Shown here: piece after piece, positions 32,993 to 42,347 of the stretch
How positions within the stretch are numbered: position 1 is the stretch's first letter
Layout: the number at the start of each line of letters is the position of its first letter
IMG/VR virus record: IMGVR_UViG_3300005805_000044
Direction: 5' to 3' (one strand)
Length of the DNA stretch: 64,000 nt
DNA from: a virus
Translations under genes and position numbers: made by a program
Notes under the pieces: model-generated
Told to the model about the DNA's origin: nothing
Seen by the model: only the letters and a program-made list of their open reading frames with translations
Databases searched by the model: none

Positions 32993-35020
32993 TTATGCCA
33001 TTCCACCTAAAGAGTTCAATTGATCCACATTAACATTAGCAGTTATTTGAGAACTAAGTTGTGTTTTTGACGCTTCTAACTTAGATTTTTGTAAATTTAA
33101 TAAATCTTCAGCACCTTTTGTCGTCTTTGTTGGAAGCATTTTCTTTGGTGATTTTATTTTGACTTTTTTGACTCTGGGTGCTGATGGTGGTTTTGGTATT
33201 TTTGGCTTTGGCATACCATTTTTTACCAAAGCTAATTTAGCAGCCGCAGCACCCAATGTTCCTCCCGCAGCTGCACCAATTAAAGCACCTTGGCCACCCC
33301 CAGCAATTGCACCAATACCTCCACCTAATCCAGCTCCAGCTAAAAGTCCACCTCCAATACCACCAACGGCTAATCCACCTCCTACAGCGGCTCCAGATAA
33401 CCCTCCAATTAAAGCACCTTGTCCTCCTCCCGCAATAGCACCAATTCCAGCACCCAATCCTCCTCCCAATAAACCACCAGTAGCAGCTTGGACCAATGCA
33501 CTTGGAGGTTTTACGACTGACGCTGGATTTATTGAATCAATATTGCCACCAGATAGTTTTGTTAATGCTGCGTCGGCATTTGTTATATTTTCTGGTATAG
33601 GATTTTTTGGTAGGTCAGGTAGATTTGGTTTAGGAATCTCGGGCAATGAACTTTTTAACTTATCTACTGCTGCTATTTTTTCAGTTGATCCAATGTTACC
33701 CGTGACTGGATCAACAAATTTGGTATTACCAGCAATTGTTTCTGGTTTAAATTTATCTGGACTCCATTTGTCTCCAAGACCATCTTTGACAAATTTAGGT
33801 GTTTCAACTTTTGGAGTTTCAATTTTAGGAACAGTTTTAATGTCCGTAGAAGCTTGTAACTTGGATACAACTTCAGTTCCAGAAGCATTTGATACAGAAC
33901 TAACCGATGAATTCAACGATTCAACCGTAGTCGTTGTTTCATTTTTACCAGGAACTTTAAATTCGGTTTGACCAGCACCGTTTGGAAGAGCAGCCAACTC
34001 AGCTTGAGTCATTTTTGATCTTGGATCATCTGAAGCAAAACTTGTTCTTACTGTATAACCACCACCACTTACAGTTTCAGATTTTTGAACCGTTTCTGAT
34101 ACTGTAGTTGTCGAAGTTACTGTCGCACCTTCTGATGGGGTAGTAGATGAAGTAGAAGATTCTGCAAAGATGTCTTTAGATTCGGACATTTGTTTATCAA
34201 AATCTTTGGAAGAGTCTGACATTTGTTTGTCAAAATCAGCGCTGCTTTTTTCTAATTGTTTTTCTAAATCATCGTCTTTTTTATCTATTTCCGTCAAACC
34301 TTTTTCTGGGTCCAATTGTTTTGGTGTTTGAGATGGAAGCTTAATGTTCGGATTATCTACTGTGGCAGGCTTGTTTAATGTTCCATATATTGTTTGTGAT
34401 GGAGGACCAGCCAACGCCGGATCTGGGTCTGGAAGAAAACAAGATGGAATTTTATTCTTGTCCCACTTACCTGATTTAACATTTTCCATCGCATCATCAA
34501 TTACAGCTTGAAGATGTGCCTTCTGTCTTTCTTTGCTTTTATCTACGGATGAAACATCTCCGCTTAACAACGCAGTCTCATAACGTTGTATATAATCATG
34601 AACTGTTAATAAAAATGTGTCTAGTTTTGATGTTTCCAAATCTTTCAAACATGGCCATTTTGAATAATATATCTCTCTAAAAATTGGACGTTGGTTTATA
34701 TTAACGATAATATTTTGATGCGGAGTTCTAGGACCAGCATAACCAACAATTACTGGCGGCAGATTGTTTTTATCTGGAACATCTGGTAAAACTCCTCTTT
34801 CGTCTAGATATTTGTATAGTTCTGGATATGTATAACCTTTGTCTGATGTGCCAAAATCATTATCACCAACAAAATATCCAAATCCGCCACCTATAAACGG
34901 AACAATATCTTCAAATGCATAAATAATTTTAGCATTACCATTGAGGTATAGACCTTTACTGTAATTGTTTCCACTATCAGGTTGTAAGAATCCAAGAATG
35001 TCTACTAATTTTTGTTCCAT
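32993..35020 (-). CDS. Hypothetical protein with C-terminal glycine-zipper region
   Basis: Two copies of GLGxGIGAIAGGGQGALIG followed by a Lys/Pro-rich tail. Confidence 0.7.
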   Translation of the reverse strand: MEQKLVDILGFLQPDSGNNYSKGLYLNGNAKIIYAFEDIVPFIGGGFGYFVGDNDFGTSDKGYTYPELYKYLDERGVLPDVPDKNNLPPVIVGYAGPRTPHQNIIVNINQRPIFREIYYSKWPCLKDLETSKLDTFLLTVHDYIQRYETALLSGDVSSVDKSKERQKAHLQAVIDDAMENVKSGKWDKNKIPSCFLPDPDPALAGPPSQTIYGTLNKPATVDNPNIKLPSQTPKQLDPEKGLTEIDKKDDDLEKQLEKSSADFDKQMSDSSKDFDKQMSESKDIFAESSTSSTTPSEGATVTSTTTVSETVQKSETVSGGGYTVRTSFASDDPRSKMTQAELAALPNGAGQTEFKVPGKNETTTTVESLNSSVSSVSNASGTEVVSKLQASTDIKTVPKIETPKVETPKFVKDGLGDKWSPDKFKPETIAGNTKFVDPVTGNIGSTEKIAAVDKLKSSLPEIPKPNLPDLPKNPIPENITNADAALTKLSGGNIDSINPASVVKPPSALVQAATGGLLGGGLGAGIGAIAGGGQGALIGGLSGAAVGGGLAVGGIGGGLLAGAGLGGGIGAIAGGGQGALIGAAAGGTLGAAAAKLALVKNGMPKPKIPKPPSAPRVKKVKIKSPKKMLPTKTTKGAEDLLNLQKSKLEASKTQLSSQITANVNVDQLNSLGGMA

Positions 35021-35026
35021 AATAAA

Positions 35027-36733
35027 TTAACTTTCAAATTCAAACTCAATCTGAACTGGACCTTCTCTACGATTTCTACCCTTGAAGTCGCCAACAACGC
35101 CAGCACCAGTGACCGTGTTTATAATTACAGGTGCAGCACATTCAGCCCCACTACCAGCTGGTTTAACACCATTTGATCCAGGTGCATATCCACCACCAGT
35201 CACGAATACACGACGACTTAGTGTTTTATGTAAATTGTCACGTAACAACTTTAATTTGATTTGTTGAACTGGTATTTGTGTTTGATCTGGAACAGCGTCG
35301 TTTGTATTTTCTTGAGTGATTTGACCAGCATCATCGTGACCGTGAGGGTGAGGATGAACGTGGTGATACCAATGAACATGATCAAGTATCCAGTTACAAA
35401 GATCATAGAGCCAATCAACAGTTGTTTGTCCAAGAAGAGCAGGTTCGTTTGTTTCTCCATATTGTCCTAAAAATATCTGTGGTGCATTAATACAAGCCAA
35501 TCTATTTGTGGTCAATACAACTTGATCATTTGCATCCACAGTGTATTCATTATCTGTAGCAATACCATATCGTTTTTTACTAAAATGAAATGTTTCGGCA
35601 AATCTACTACTCAACACTATTCTATCTGTATTAACAATCAATTGATCTCCATTTAATACCGGAAACTCAAAATTAGTAGAACCTGCTGGATTAAACTTGA
35701 CTTGTTCTTCTGTTGGTTTTCTATCATTCTTAGTAACCCCAAACATGCTTTTATAAACTGTAGTTTTCCAATTGCTCGTTGGCGGTCCACTGTTTATTTC
35801 AATTGTGGTTCCATCATTATTAATATCTTCTTCTATTTGTCCACCATAGTTTTTTTCTCTAGGTTTGATTGGCAAAATAGGAGGAAGTTTTGGATGTAAT
35901 TGTTGTGGTTTATCCAGTGCAATGTTTCTCTGTCTATTTCTAATTATGAGACGAGGATTACCGTAACCACCGGCAACAGAGTCTCTAAATAGACCAGAAT
36001 TAATTGCATATGATGGATAAATCGACTTATCAGAGGATCTATTAAAGTCATAGGCAGTGAATCTTATTGATTGACCAAAACGACTTTCAATTACAGTGTC
36101 ACCTTCAAATTTTCTAACACTGCGAATGAAAGGATTTAAAATAAAATAATCGCCCAAATATCCAACTTTGGTAACTGCTTTGAACAGTGGGTGAGAAATA
36201 TATGTTTTTCTAAACGGATCGGGGTTCGCGGGAGTAGCACTACTATTATCATTACTAAAGCCAATCTCCGTAACAAAGTCTGCATTGGTTCCTACAAAGT
36301 TAAATCTATTAAACGGTTTTGTATAATAAAAATTACCACCAACTTTTATTACCAATACTTGTTCATTCAAAAGAGGATACTGTGTAATAGTATTATCCAA
36401 TGGTATAGCCCACGGCAATTTTTCTAGAGGAGTTTTCTTCTCTATATCTAATATTCTAACTTTAGCACGCCCAATAAAACTGTAGTCAACATCTGAACTT
36501 GATGGAACATCATTCTTATAGTTAACTGGTATTTGTTGTGGGTTTACAGTGATTGGTATTTGTGTATTTTCCGCATCTAAATCTTTTCCAAAAAATGGAT
36601 GTTCGTCATTTAAAATAATATCAACTACAACTGCCAACTGAAAATTTGGATTATCTCCAACCAAATTTTTAGAGTTAACACCAGTTGGAGTTTGTTTTAT
36701 GTATCTAGAAATATCTGTAGATGAATCAGCCAT
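35027..36733 (-). CDS. Baseplate hub/central spike protein (gp5/gpV-like) with His-rich tip
   Basis: OB-fold-like IGRAKVR..WAIPL..YPLLNEQV; EGDTVIESRFGQSIRF; EPALLG; HVHWYHHVHPHPHGH. Confidence 0.75.
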   Translation of the reverse strand: MADSSTDISRYIKQTPTGVNSKNLVGDNPNFQLAVVVDIILNDEHPFFGKDLDAENTQIPITVNPQQIPVNYKNDVPSSSDVDYSFIGRAKVRILDIEKKTPLEKLPWAIPLDNTITQYPLLNEQVLVIKVGGNFYYTKPFNRFNFVGTNADFVTEIGFSNDNSSATPANPDPFRKTYISHPLFKAVTKVGYLGDYFILNPFIRSVRKFEGDTVIESRFGQSIRFTAYDFNRSSDKSIYPSYAINSGLFRDSVAGGYGNPRLIIRNRQRNIALDKPQQLHPKLPPILPIKPREKNYGGQIEEDINNDGTTIEINSGPPTSNWKTTVYKSMFGVTKNDRKPTEEQVKFNPAGSTNFEFPVLNGDQLIVNTDRIVLSSRFAETFHFSKKRYGIATDNEYTVDANDQVVLTTNRLACINAPQIFLGQYGETNEPALLGQTTVDWLYDLCNWILDHVHWYHHVHPHPHGHDDAGQITQENTNDAVPDQTQIPVQQIKLKLLRDNLHKTLSRRVFVTGGGYAPGSNGVKPAGSGAECAAPVIINTVTGAGVVGDFKGRNRREGPVQIEFEFES

Positions 36734-36735
36734 AA

Positions 36736-37080
36736 TTATTTAGATACTTTAGCGATAGATACCACGTCATCCATCAATTGTTTGCGTTCTTCGTCAGACA
36801 AAATCATGTTATTTCCTTCACCACTTGCTTCACCTTTAGCAACCAACTTTTGAACTATAGATGCTAATTTAACCAACTGTTCATCGTTTTTAATACCAAC
36901 ATCATAGTAGTCTTTTATGAGAGGAACTATAATAACAGCATCATTTACAGTTTTAATAAGAGTTCTAAGTTCAGAAATAAGAATATCTATTTGATCTTTC
37001 TTACTTTCTGAATTTTTTACAATATCTTTGCACAAGCTGGCAAAATTCTTACCCTTGTATATTTCAAAGTCTGTGTCCAT
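36736..37080 (-). CDS. Conserved hypothetical phage protein
   Basis: IVPLIKDYYDVGIKNDEQLVKLA; ATG at 37080 lies 4 nt from the TATTTATT motif. Confidence 0.7.
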   Translation of the reverse strand: MDTDFEIYKGKNFASLCKDIVKNSESKKDQIDILISELRTLIKTVNDAVIIVPLIKDYYDVGIKNDEQLVKLASIVQKLVAKGEASGEGNNMILSDEERKQLMDDVVSIAKVSK

Positions 37081-37093
37081 ATTCAATAAATAG

Positions 37094-37123
37094 AAAAAAC
37101 CAACCGTTTTGTCGATTGGTTTT
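37094..37123 (-). terminator. Intrinsic terminator after sigma-like gene
   Basis: AAAACCAA(C)CG/CG(A)TTGGTTTT hairpin with T-run. Confidence 0.65.
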
Positions 37124-37154
37124 GTTTTTATACACAGAAATATAGTTTGTTTAA

Positions 37155-38117
37155 TTATACTGTTCCACGGTTTATATAGCTTTTCATAACTGTGGATTGA
37201 TAACTTTTCATTTTATTAAGCACTTTTGTTATTTGTTGTGTTTTACAATTGCTTATTTCACGGATGTATAAATACAATGTCTTTTTATTAAAACTTTCAA
37301 TTCTATCACAATTTCTAAACAATTCGATTACTGCATATGCAATGTTGAGATCTTTTGCTTTTGAGAAAATTTTAGTAATATTTTTTTCCCAATAGTCAAT
37401 CAACAATTTCATTAATTCTTGAGTTTGAACATCACGGTGATGAGCATCTTCGGTTTGTAAACATACTGAATCTTCACTAGGTGTGTCACTAATATCTACA
37501 TGTTGATTAAATCTTTTATAATTGTTATTATTATGAAATATTAAATAGTTCTTAGCAACAATACTAAAATAACTGAACGCTTTTCCCTTACCCGATTGAA
37601 ACTTGTGTATGTTAGCTACAAGATGTGCGACAGTTTCACGTTGAATTTCCAACGGACCAGTATCAAAGTAAGTAAATTTAAAAGTATTGTATATGTTTTC
37701 GACCAACTTTTCAAAACTAAACTTTATACGTTCATTATAGATCGTGTTGCGTATATCATTATTTTCTTGAGCATTATATTCGACAATAGCATCTTCTGTA
37801 GCCTTACTAAAATATATTTTTTCTTTTTTGTTTCTACCACGGCGTCTTACACGTTTTGGTTCATCATCAAACGTTATATCTTCTACGTTGTTAGTATTGT
37901 CATTTGTAGAAGGTTGTGCCAAATTTACATCACTGTCACGTTTAATTACAATTTCGGGTATAAATTTTTTTTGTGGTTCAACAACTTTTTTAGTTTTTTG
38001 TTTTGCTTTGATCTTTACATCATAAACAACCTTGATTTTTTGTTTCGTTGGTTGCTTTGAAACACGCAAGGTTGTCTTCTTTTTTGAAGATTTCTTACTT
38101 TTTGTTTTGTTCTTCAT
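37155..38117 (-). CDS. Phage sigma-70-family factor (gp55-like late sigma) with basic N-terminal extension
   Basis: Region-2-like KFQSGKGKAFSYFSIVAKNYLI and YFSKATEDAI; start uncertain (38117 or 38165). Confidence 0.75.
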   Translation of the reverse strand: MKNKTKSKKSSKKKTTLRVSKQPTKQKIKVVYDVKIKAKQKTKKVVEPQKKFIPEIVIKRDSDVNLAQPSTNDNTNNVEDITFDDEPKRVRRRGRNKKEKIYFSKATEDAIVEYNAQENNDIRNTIYNERIKFSFEKLVENIYNTFKFTYFDTGPLEIQRETVAHLVANIHKFQSGKGKAFSYFSIVAKNYLIFHNNNNYKRFNQHVDISDTPSEDSVCLQTEDAHHRDVQTQELMKLLIDYWEKNITKIFSKAKDLNIAYAVIELFRNCDRIESFNKKTLYLYIREISNCKTQQITKVLNKMKSYQSTVMKSYINRGTV

Positions 38118-38442
38118 TAGAGGTATTGTTGTCATCATTATCATTAATCCTTTTGTTGCATTCATTGATAATGCTCAAAATGTCAGTAAAAACAAATCCA
38201 ACATCATCATCTTTTTCAAATATACCACGTTCATCAACTTGTTTCAACTTTTTGTATACATTAGTTACAAGTTTTCTAAAATCATTGACCCACTGAACTA
38301 GGTCATTATTCATTGATTCAATGGTATTGAGTTGAGATTCCAACAAATCTATACGAGACAGTGCCTTGTTAAGCAAAATATAAATGAAAATGCCAATCGA
38401 AATGGAAATAATCAAAGATATAACTAATATTGTAACAATCAT
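38095..38442 (-). CDS. Small membrane-anchored coiled-coil protein
   Basis: N-terminal hydrophobic helix; DERGIFEKDDDVGFVF motif. Confidence 0.7.
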   Translation of the reverse strand: MIVTILVISLIISISIGIFIYILLNKALSRIDLLESQLNTIESMNNDLVQWVNDFRKLVTNVYKKLKQVDERGIFEKDDDVGFVFTDILSIINECNKRINDNDDNNTSNEEQNKK

Positions 38443-38576
38443 ATTTCGTCGGATTCTTCATCAAGTTCAACATATTCACCAATATAATCTATAGCTTCTT
38501 CTACTAAAGACCAATCATTATTTTCACTGGCATCCAGTAGAATACGACGCAATTCTATAAGTTCTTCGTTATTCAT
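38439..38576 (-). CDS. Small acidic hypothetical protein (45 aa)
   Basis: MNNEELIELRRILLDASENNDWSLVEEAIDYIGEYVELDEESDEI; ATGA overlap with next gene. Confidence 0.6.
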   Translation of the reverse strand: MNNEELIELRRILLDASENNDWSLVEEAIDYIGEYVELDEESDEI

Positions 38577-38624
38577 AGTTTAACAGTAATATATAGTTAA
38601 ACTTCTATAAAACAATTTTTTATT

Positions 38625-39761
38625 TTAGAAGCTGAATAATCCTCTGATACCTTGCCCTCTACTTTTCTTAATTTTAGTTATAATTTTTTCAATTGGTTTT
38701 TCAACAATTTTCTCAATTTCCACTGGTTTTTCTACTTCTTTAATTACTTCAACTGGCTTTTCAATAATTTTTTCTACTTCTTTAATTACCTCAACAGGCT
38801 TTTCCACCTCAACAATTTTTTCGATGATAGTAGGAGATGCCGGAATACCAGGTCCATGAGCACCTTTGATTGGCGAAACTAAATCCGATGTATTTTCTGT
38901 TACAGACTCCGTTTCATTATTTTCAAATAGATCCTCTTTTTTATTTTTTTGTTTATAAAGTTCGTAGTCACGATCTTCAGTATCAAGTCTATAATTTGAT
39001 GACATGTTATAGGCCAATAACAATACTACTGCCAATGGATCAAATACAGTAATCAAAACAATAATAAACCATTTAACTACCGTATCAATACTTTGACCAA
39101 ATTCCTTTGCTACAAATTTAAATGTAGTAATATCTTTCTTTTGACTATTTTCAATCTTTAATTTGAAAATTTCTTCATCAATTTTTGTAACCTTTTCCGA
39201 TCCATCTTTTAATTTGGTATTTTCTGTTTCTAATTGAGAATTTATACCAGTGATTTGTTCATTAATTTGATTTTGAATGTTCTGAAACTGAATTGGATTT
39301 CTGGCAATCAATGCATTAGTAAGTGTTTCACTCAAACGAGATTCTTGATTAGCTCTCAATGCCAATAATTTATCAATATTAGATTTAACAGCATCTAGTT
39401 TTTTTGATTCGTCTGTTTTTTGAGTTTCTAACGTTGTTATTTTTGTATTGGCCAGTTCAGTTTCCAATGCAGATTTTTGATAAGCAGCTGTAAGATATCC
39501 GAAAATACCCAACGAAGTAATACACATTAATACCAAAACTGCTGTTACCATGTATGTTTTCATCAATACATTAGCAATATTCCAATATCTAAATAACCAA
39601 GATGTAGTTACCAATTTACCCAATTCTAAAGCACTAGCCATTATCATCGCAGCCAAAATAGCACCGGAAAATAATAGTCCAATACCATACACACTAAAGA
39701 ATGCAGCACAACCTGCAATCAACATGGATGTGAAAATTACGAGATGTTTAAATTTGATCAT
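38625..39761 (-). CDS. Multi-pass membrane protein with coiled coil and VEK/IEK repeats
   Basis: Three N-terminal TM helices, coiled coil, VFDPLAV TM helix, (EKPVEVIKEV)n; start moved to 39761. Confidence 0.8.
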   Translation of the reverse strand: MIKFKHLVIFTSMLIAGCAAFFSVYGIGLLFSGAILAAMIMASALELGKLVTTSWLFRYWNIANVLMKTYMVTAVLVLMCITSLGIFGYLTAAYQKSALETELANTKITTLETQKTDESKKLDAVKSNIDKLLALRANQESRLSETLTNALIARNPIQFQNIQNQINEQITGINSQLETENTKLKDGSEKVTKIDEEIFKLKIENSQKKDITTFKFVAKEFGQSIDTVVKWFIIVLITVFDPLAVVLLLAYNMSSNYRLDTEDRDYELYKQKNKKEDLFENNETESVTENTSDLVSPIKGAHGPGIPASPTIIEKIVEVEKPVEVIKEVEKIIEKPVEVIKEVEKPVEIEKIVEKPIEKIITKIKKSRGQGIRGLFSF

Positions 39762-39783
39762 ATATATAAATATCTTTAAAAAT

Positions 39784-39810
39784 AAAAAACCCTCCACTTA
39801 AGGAGGGCTT
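39784..39810 (-). terminator. Intrinsic terminator after hsp20
   Basis: CCCTCC/GGAGGG hairpin followed by a T-run on the minus strand. Confidence 0.8.
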
Positions 39811-39833
39811 GAACATAACAATTTTTAAAGATA

Positions 39834-40310
39834 TTAATTAATTTTAACCTTTTTTGTTGTAGGAGGTGTTGGTTTGATCTTGTTAACCGTCACTGTAAGC
39901 AAACCATTTTCAAACCTTGCTTCAGGATCATCCTTATCAAATAAATCACTCAAAACAAAAGCACGTTTAAAACTACTGTGTTTTAGTTCTCTACGAATAT
40001 AGGTTTTATTGTTGTTTTCCTTGACATCCTTAGTCTTTTGTCCACTAATAATCAAGAGATTTTCCTCAATTTCAACTGAAACTTCCTCCTTGGCAAGGCC
40101 TGGAATTTCGGCAACAATCTCAATGTGATCATCATAATCCACAACATCTACACGGGGATAACTTTGTTTTTCAAAAAACCCAACACCAAAATCTTTGGTC
40201 AATTCTGGGAATGTATTTGTGAAAACCTCATCGAAAATTTTATCGAATGGCGTAATAAAATCGTCACGATTGATGTGACGCAATGCTGGCACTTTATATC
40301 TAACTGACAT
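39834..40310 (-). CDS. hsp20: Small heat-shock protein (Hsp20/alpha-crystallin)
   Basis: YPRVDV, AEIPG, RRE..SFKRAF, ARFENGLLTV; SD AAAGGA upstream. Confidence 0.95.
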   Translation of the reverse strand: MSVRYKVPALRHINRDDFITPFDKIFDEVFTNTFPELTKDFGVGFFEKQSYPRVDVVDYDDHIEIVAEIPGLAKEEVSVEIEENLLIISGQKTKDVKENNNKTYIRRELKHSSFKRAFVLSDLFDKDDPEARFENGLLTVTVNKIKPTPPTTKKVKIN

Positions 40311-40427
40311 ATATTTCCTTTCTTTTTATAATAATTCTATTGAACTTATTATCATAGCAACCTCACTCGAGCGTTGCCGTGACGGTAATTTACCATCAAG
40401 AATATATATTTGTCAAGATACAAAAAA

Positions 40428-42344
40428 TCAATTTTTTCGTATAGGAACCTTGAGTGGGAAATTGTGACCTATGACATTAGTTCCCATGACAAATCTCTGG
40501 TTTTCACAATTCAAGTGCATGTATTCTTCTTCTCCAAACAACAAGATATTGTCATCTACAGTTAATACTTCACCCTCGGTGCCTTCAAGTTTGTCACCCT
40601 TCTTAACTTCAGTCACAACCTTCCATACATCGTTGCCGACATACCATTGATGACTGTCGTCTACATCAAAATCATTACCATTGATTGTAGTTCTGTAGAT
40701 TGGTGCCTTAGCAATGTAAGCAACTGTGACTTTGTTCCACAAACCATCTTGTATGTCACGTAGATGCATACCGACTTGGATTTCTCTAGCAGGTATAAAT
40801 CCACGTTCAAGAGTTTCCATCAATTGCCAAGCAGCTGGACATCCACCGCCGCCGGCCGAGCCGCCGCCACTTGGAGGAGCAGCAGCTACATAACATACTG
40901 ATTTGTCCAAAGTTGCAGATACTTGACCTTGCAAAACGGTTGGGCTTGGAGATGTTGCAAAAGATGCCGTAAATGTAGCACGCGCTGAAAAACTTGAACT
41001 TTGATATGATTGATTGTAATATGGTAAACCGAACCCATATTGAACAATTTGTGTCGCACCAGGTGCTAAAGTAAACGTAGATGGAGTGAATGTTGGCAAC
41101 AATTGTGCAATACCAGCTGGTGCGGCATACAAAGATTGATTGTTTGCCAAATTTATCCAATCAGCATTTAGTGTGTAGGTAGAACTATAAGCATTTGTAG
41201 ATGGATTTGTGAAAATTGCACTACCACTAAACCTCACCTGTAGTGCAGTGGTTGGGCTGTCTGTTACTTGTGCAGGTGTGCCACATCGTTGAGTAACCGA
41301 TGTATTTGAAATAGTAATTGATGGGGCTGATCCACAAGAAGACGCACTTGGATCTGAAATAGTAGAAACCGCAAGACTAGCATTTCCAGTGGTTGTCGTA
41401 GCATCAGAAATAGCATATGAATATGGTATTGTTCCAGTTCCTCCAGAAGCAGAAACATATCCGGCAAAATATCTTCCTCCATTTACAACATTTGCTATAA
41501 ATCCTTCTACTGTAAAAGTTCTGGTGCCACCAGATGACCATGATGTAGATATTATTCTTGAAAATCCACTGAGTGTATATGTCTCAGGGGTGTTGATCAA
41601 TGTTGATAAAAAATTACATACAAAATTCAAATCTTGACGTTGAAGACTTGATATAGCACTACTAACATTGATTGATGCTTTGGTCGAATCAATTGCTGTT
41701 TGAAAGTTTGTTGTATTGTTGGATTGAAACAATGTTGTTGGACTTGTTGTAGATGTTGATGCGCAAGTTCCAGTGAATATACTAGATGTAAATGCGTTAG
41801 AAACTACATCTTTCAATACAATTTTATAGATGTTGTTACTGGTGAGATTTGTAATATATTCATCCGAATCATTTGGTCTTACATATGAATATTGTAGTCT
41901 AAAATCTGACCCTGGAGAAGCTGCTGGTTTTGAATAAACAGCATATCTGTATACTCTACTAGACGTTTCTCTGGTTAAGAAATTCGCGTTTGACACAACA
42001 CTATCTGGATAAAAATTTGTATACCAAACTCCTTGATTAACTCCATATTCTTGTATAGATGCACTTAAAAAATTGCCTCCATAAAACTCACTCATTCTGG
42101 CATCAGCCAAATTATTGAGGGTCACCAATCCTATACCAATTCCCAAATCATTTTGAGTGTCTGTTACTGGATCACCCGTGTTTCTCATCAACAACCCCAA
42201 CGACGAAGACAAAGAAATATTTTGAGTCGGAGGTGTTCCAACAACATTGTCTATCAAATTGTTAATAGAACCATATGGTGTTCCCGTTGTTAGTTGGGAA
42301 AATGCAATCGGACCTGATCTATTTAGTCTTATTATAGCAGACAT
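40428..42344 (-). CDS. Ser/Thr-rich virion/tail-fibre protein with C-terminal Hint (intein-like) domain
   Basis: GGG-C start, SHQW block-B His, terminal GHN followed by a 10-aa tail. Confidence 0.75.
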   Translation of the reverse strand: MSAIIRLNRSGPIAFSQLTTGTPYGSINNLIDNVVGTPPTQNISLSSSLGLLMRNTGDPVTDTQNDLGIGIGLVTLNNLADARMSEFYGGNFLSASIQEYGVNQGVWYTNFYPDSVVSNANFLTRETSSRVYRYAVYSKPAASPGSDFRLQYSYVRPNDSDEYITNLTSNNIYKIVLKDVVSNAFTSSIFTGTCASTSTTSPTTLFQSNNTTNFQTAIDSTKASINVSSAISSLQRQDLNFVCNFLSTLINTPETYTLSGFSRIISTSWSSGGTRTFTVEGFIANVVNGGRYFAGYVSASGGTGTIPYSYAISDATTTTGNASLAVSTISDPSASSCGSAPSITISNTSVTQRCGTPAQVTDSPTTALQVRFSGSAIFTNPSTNAYSSTYTLNADWINLANNQSLYAAPAGIAQLLPTFTPSTFTLAPGATQIVQYGFGLPYYNQSYQSSSFSARATFTASFATSPSPTVLQGQVSATLDKSVCYVAAAPPSGGGSAGGGGCPAAWQLMETLERGFIPAREIQVGMHLRDIQDGLWNKVTVAYIAKAPIYRTTINGNDFDVDDSHQWYVGNDVWKVVTEVKKGDKLEGTEGEVLTVDDNILLFGEEEYMHLNCENQRFVMGTNVIGHNFPLKVPIRKN

Positions 42345-42347
42345 AAA

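Noticed and set aside
40355-40379. CIRCE operator upstream of hsp20
   Set aside because: The inverted repeat does not match TTAGCACTC-N9-GAGTGCTAA; better explained as an RNA hairpin
40461-40841. Canonical splicing intein
   Set aside because: No +1 Cys/Ser/Thr, no endonuclease domain, and only a 10-aa C-extein
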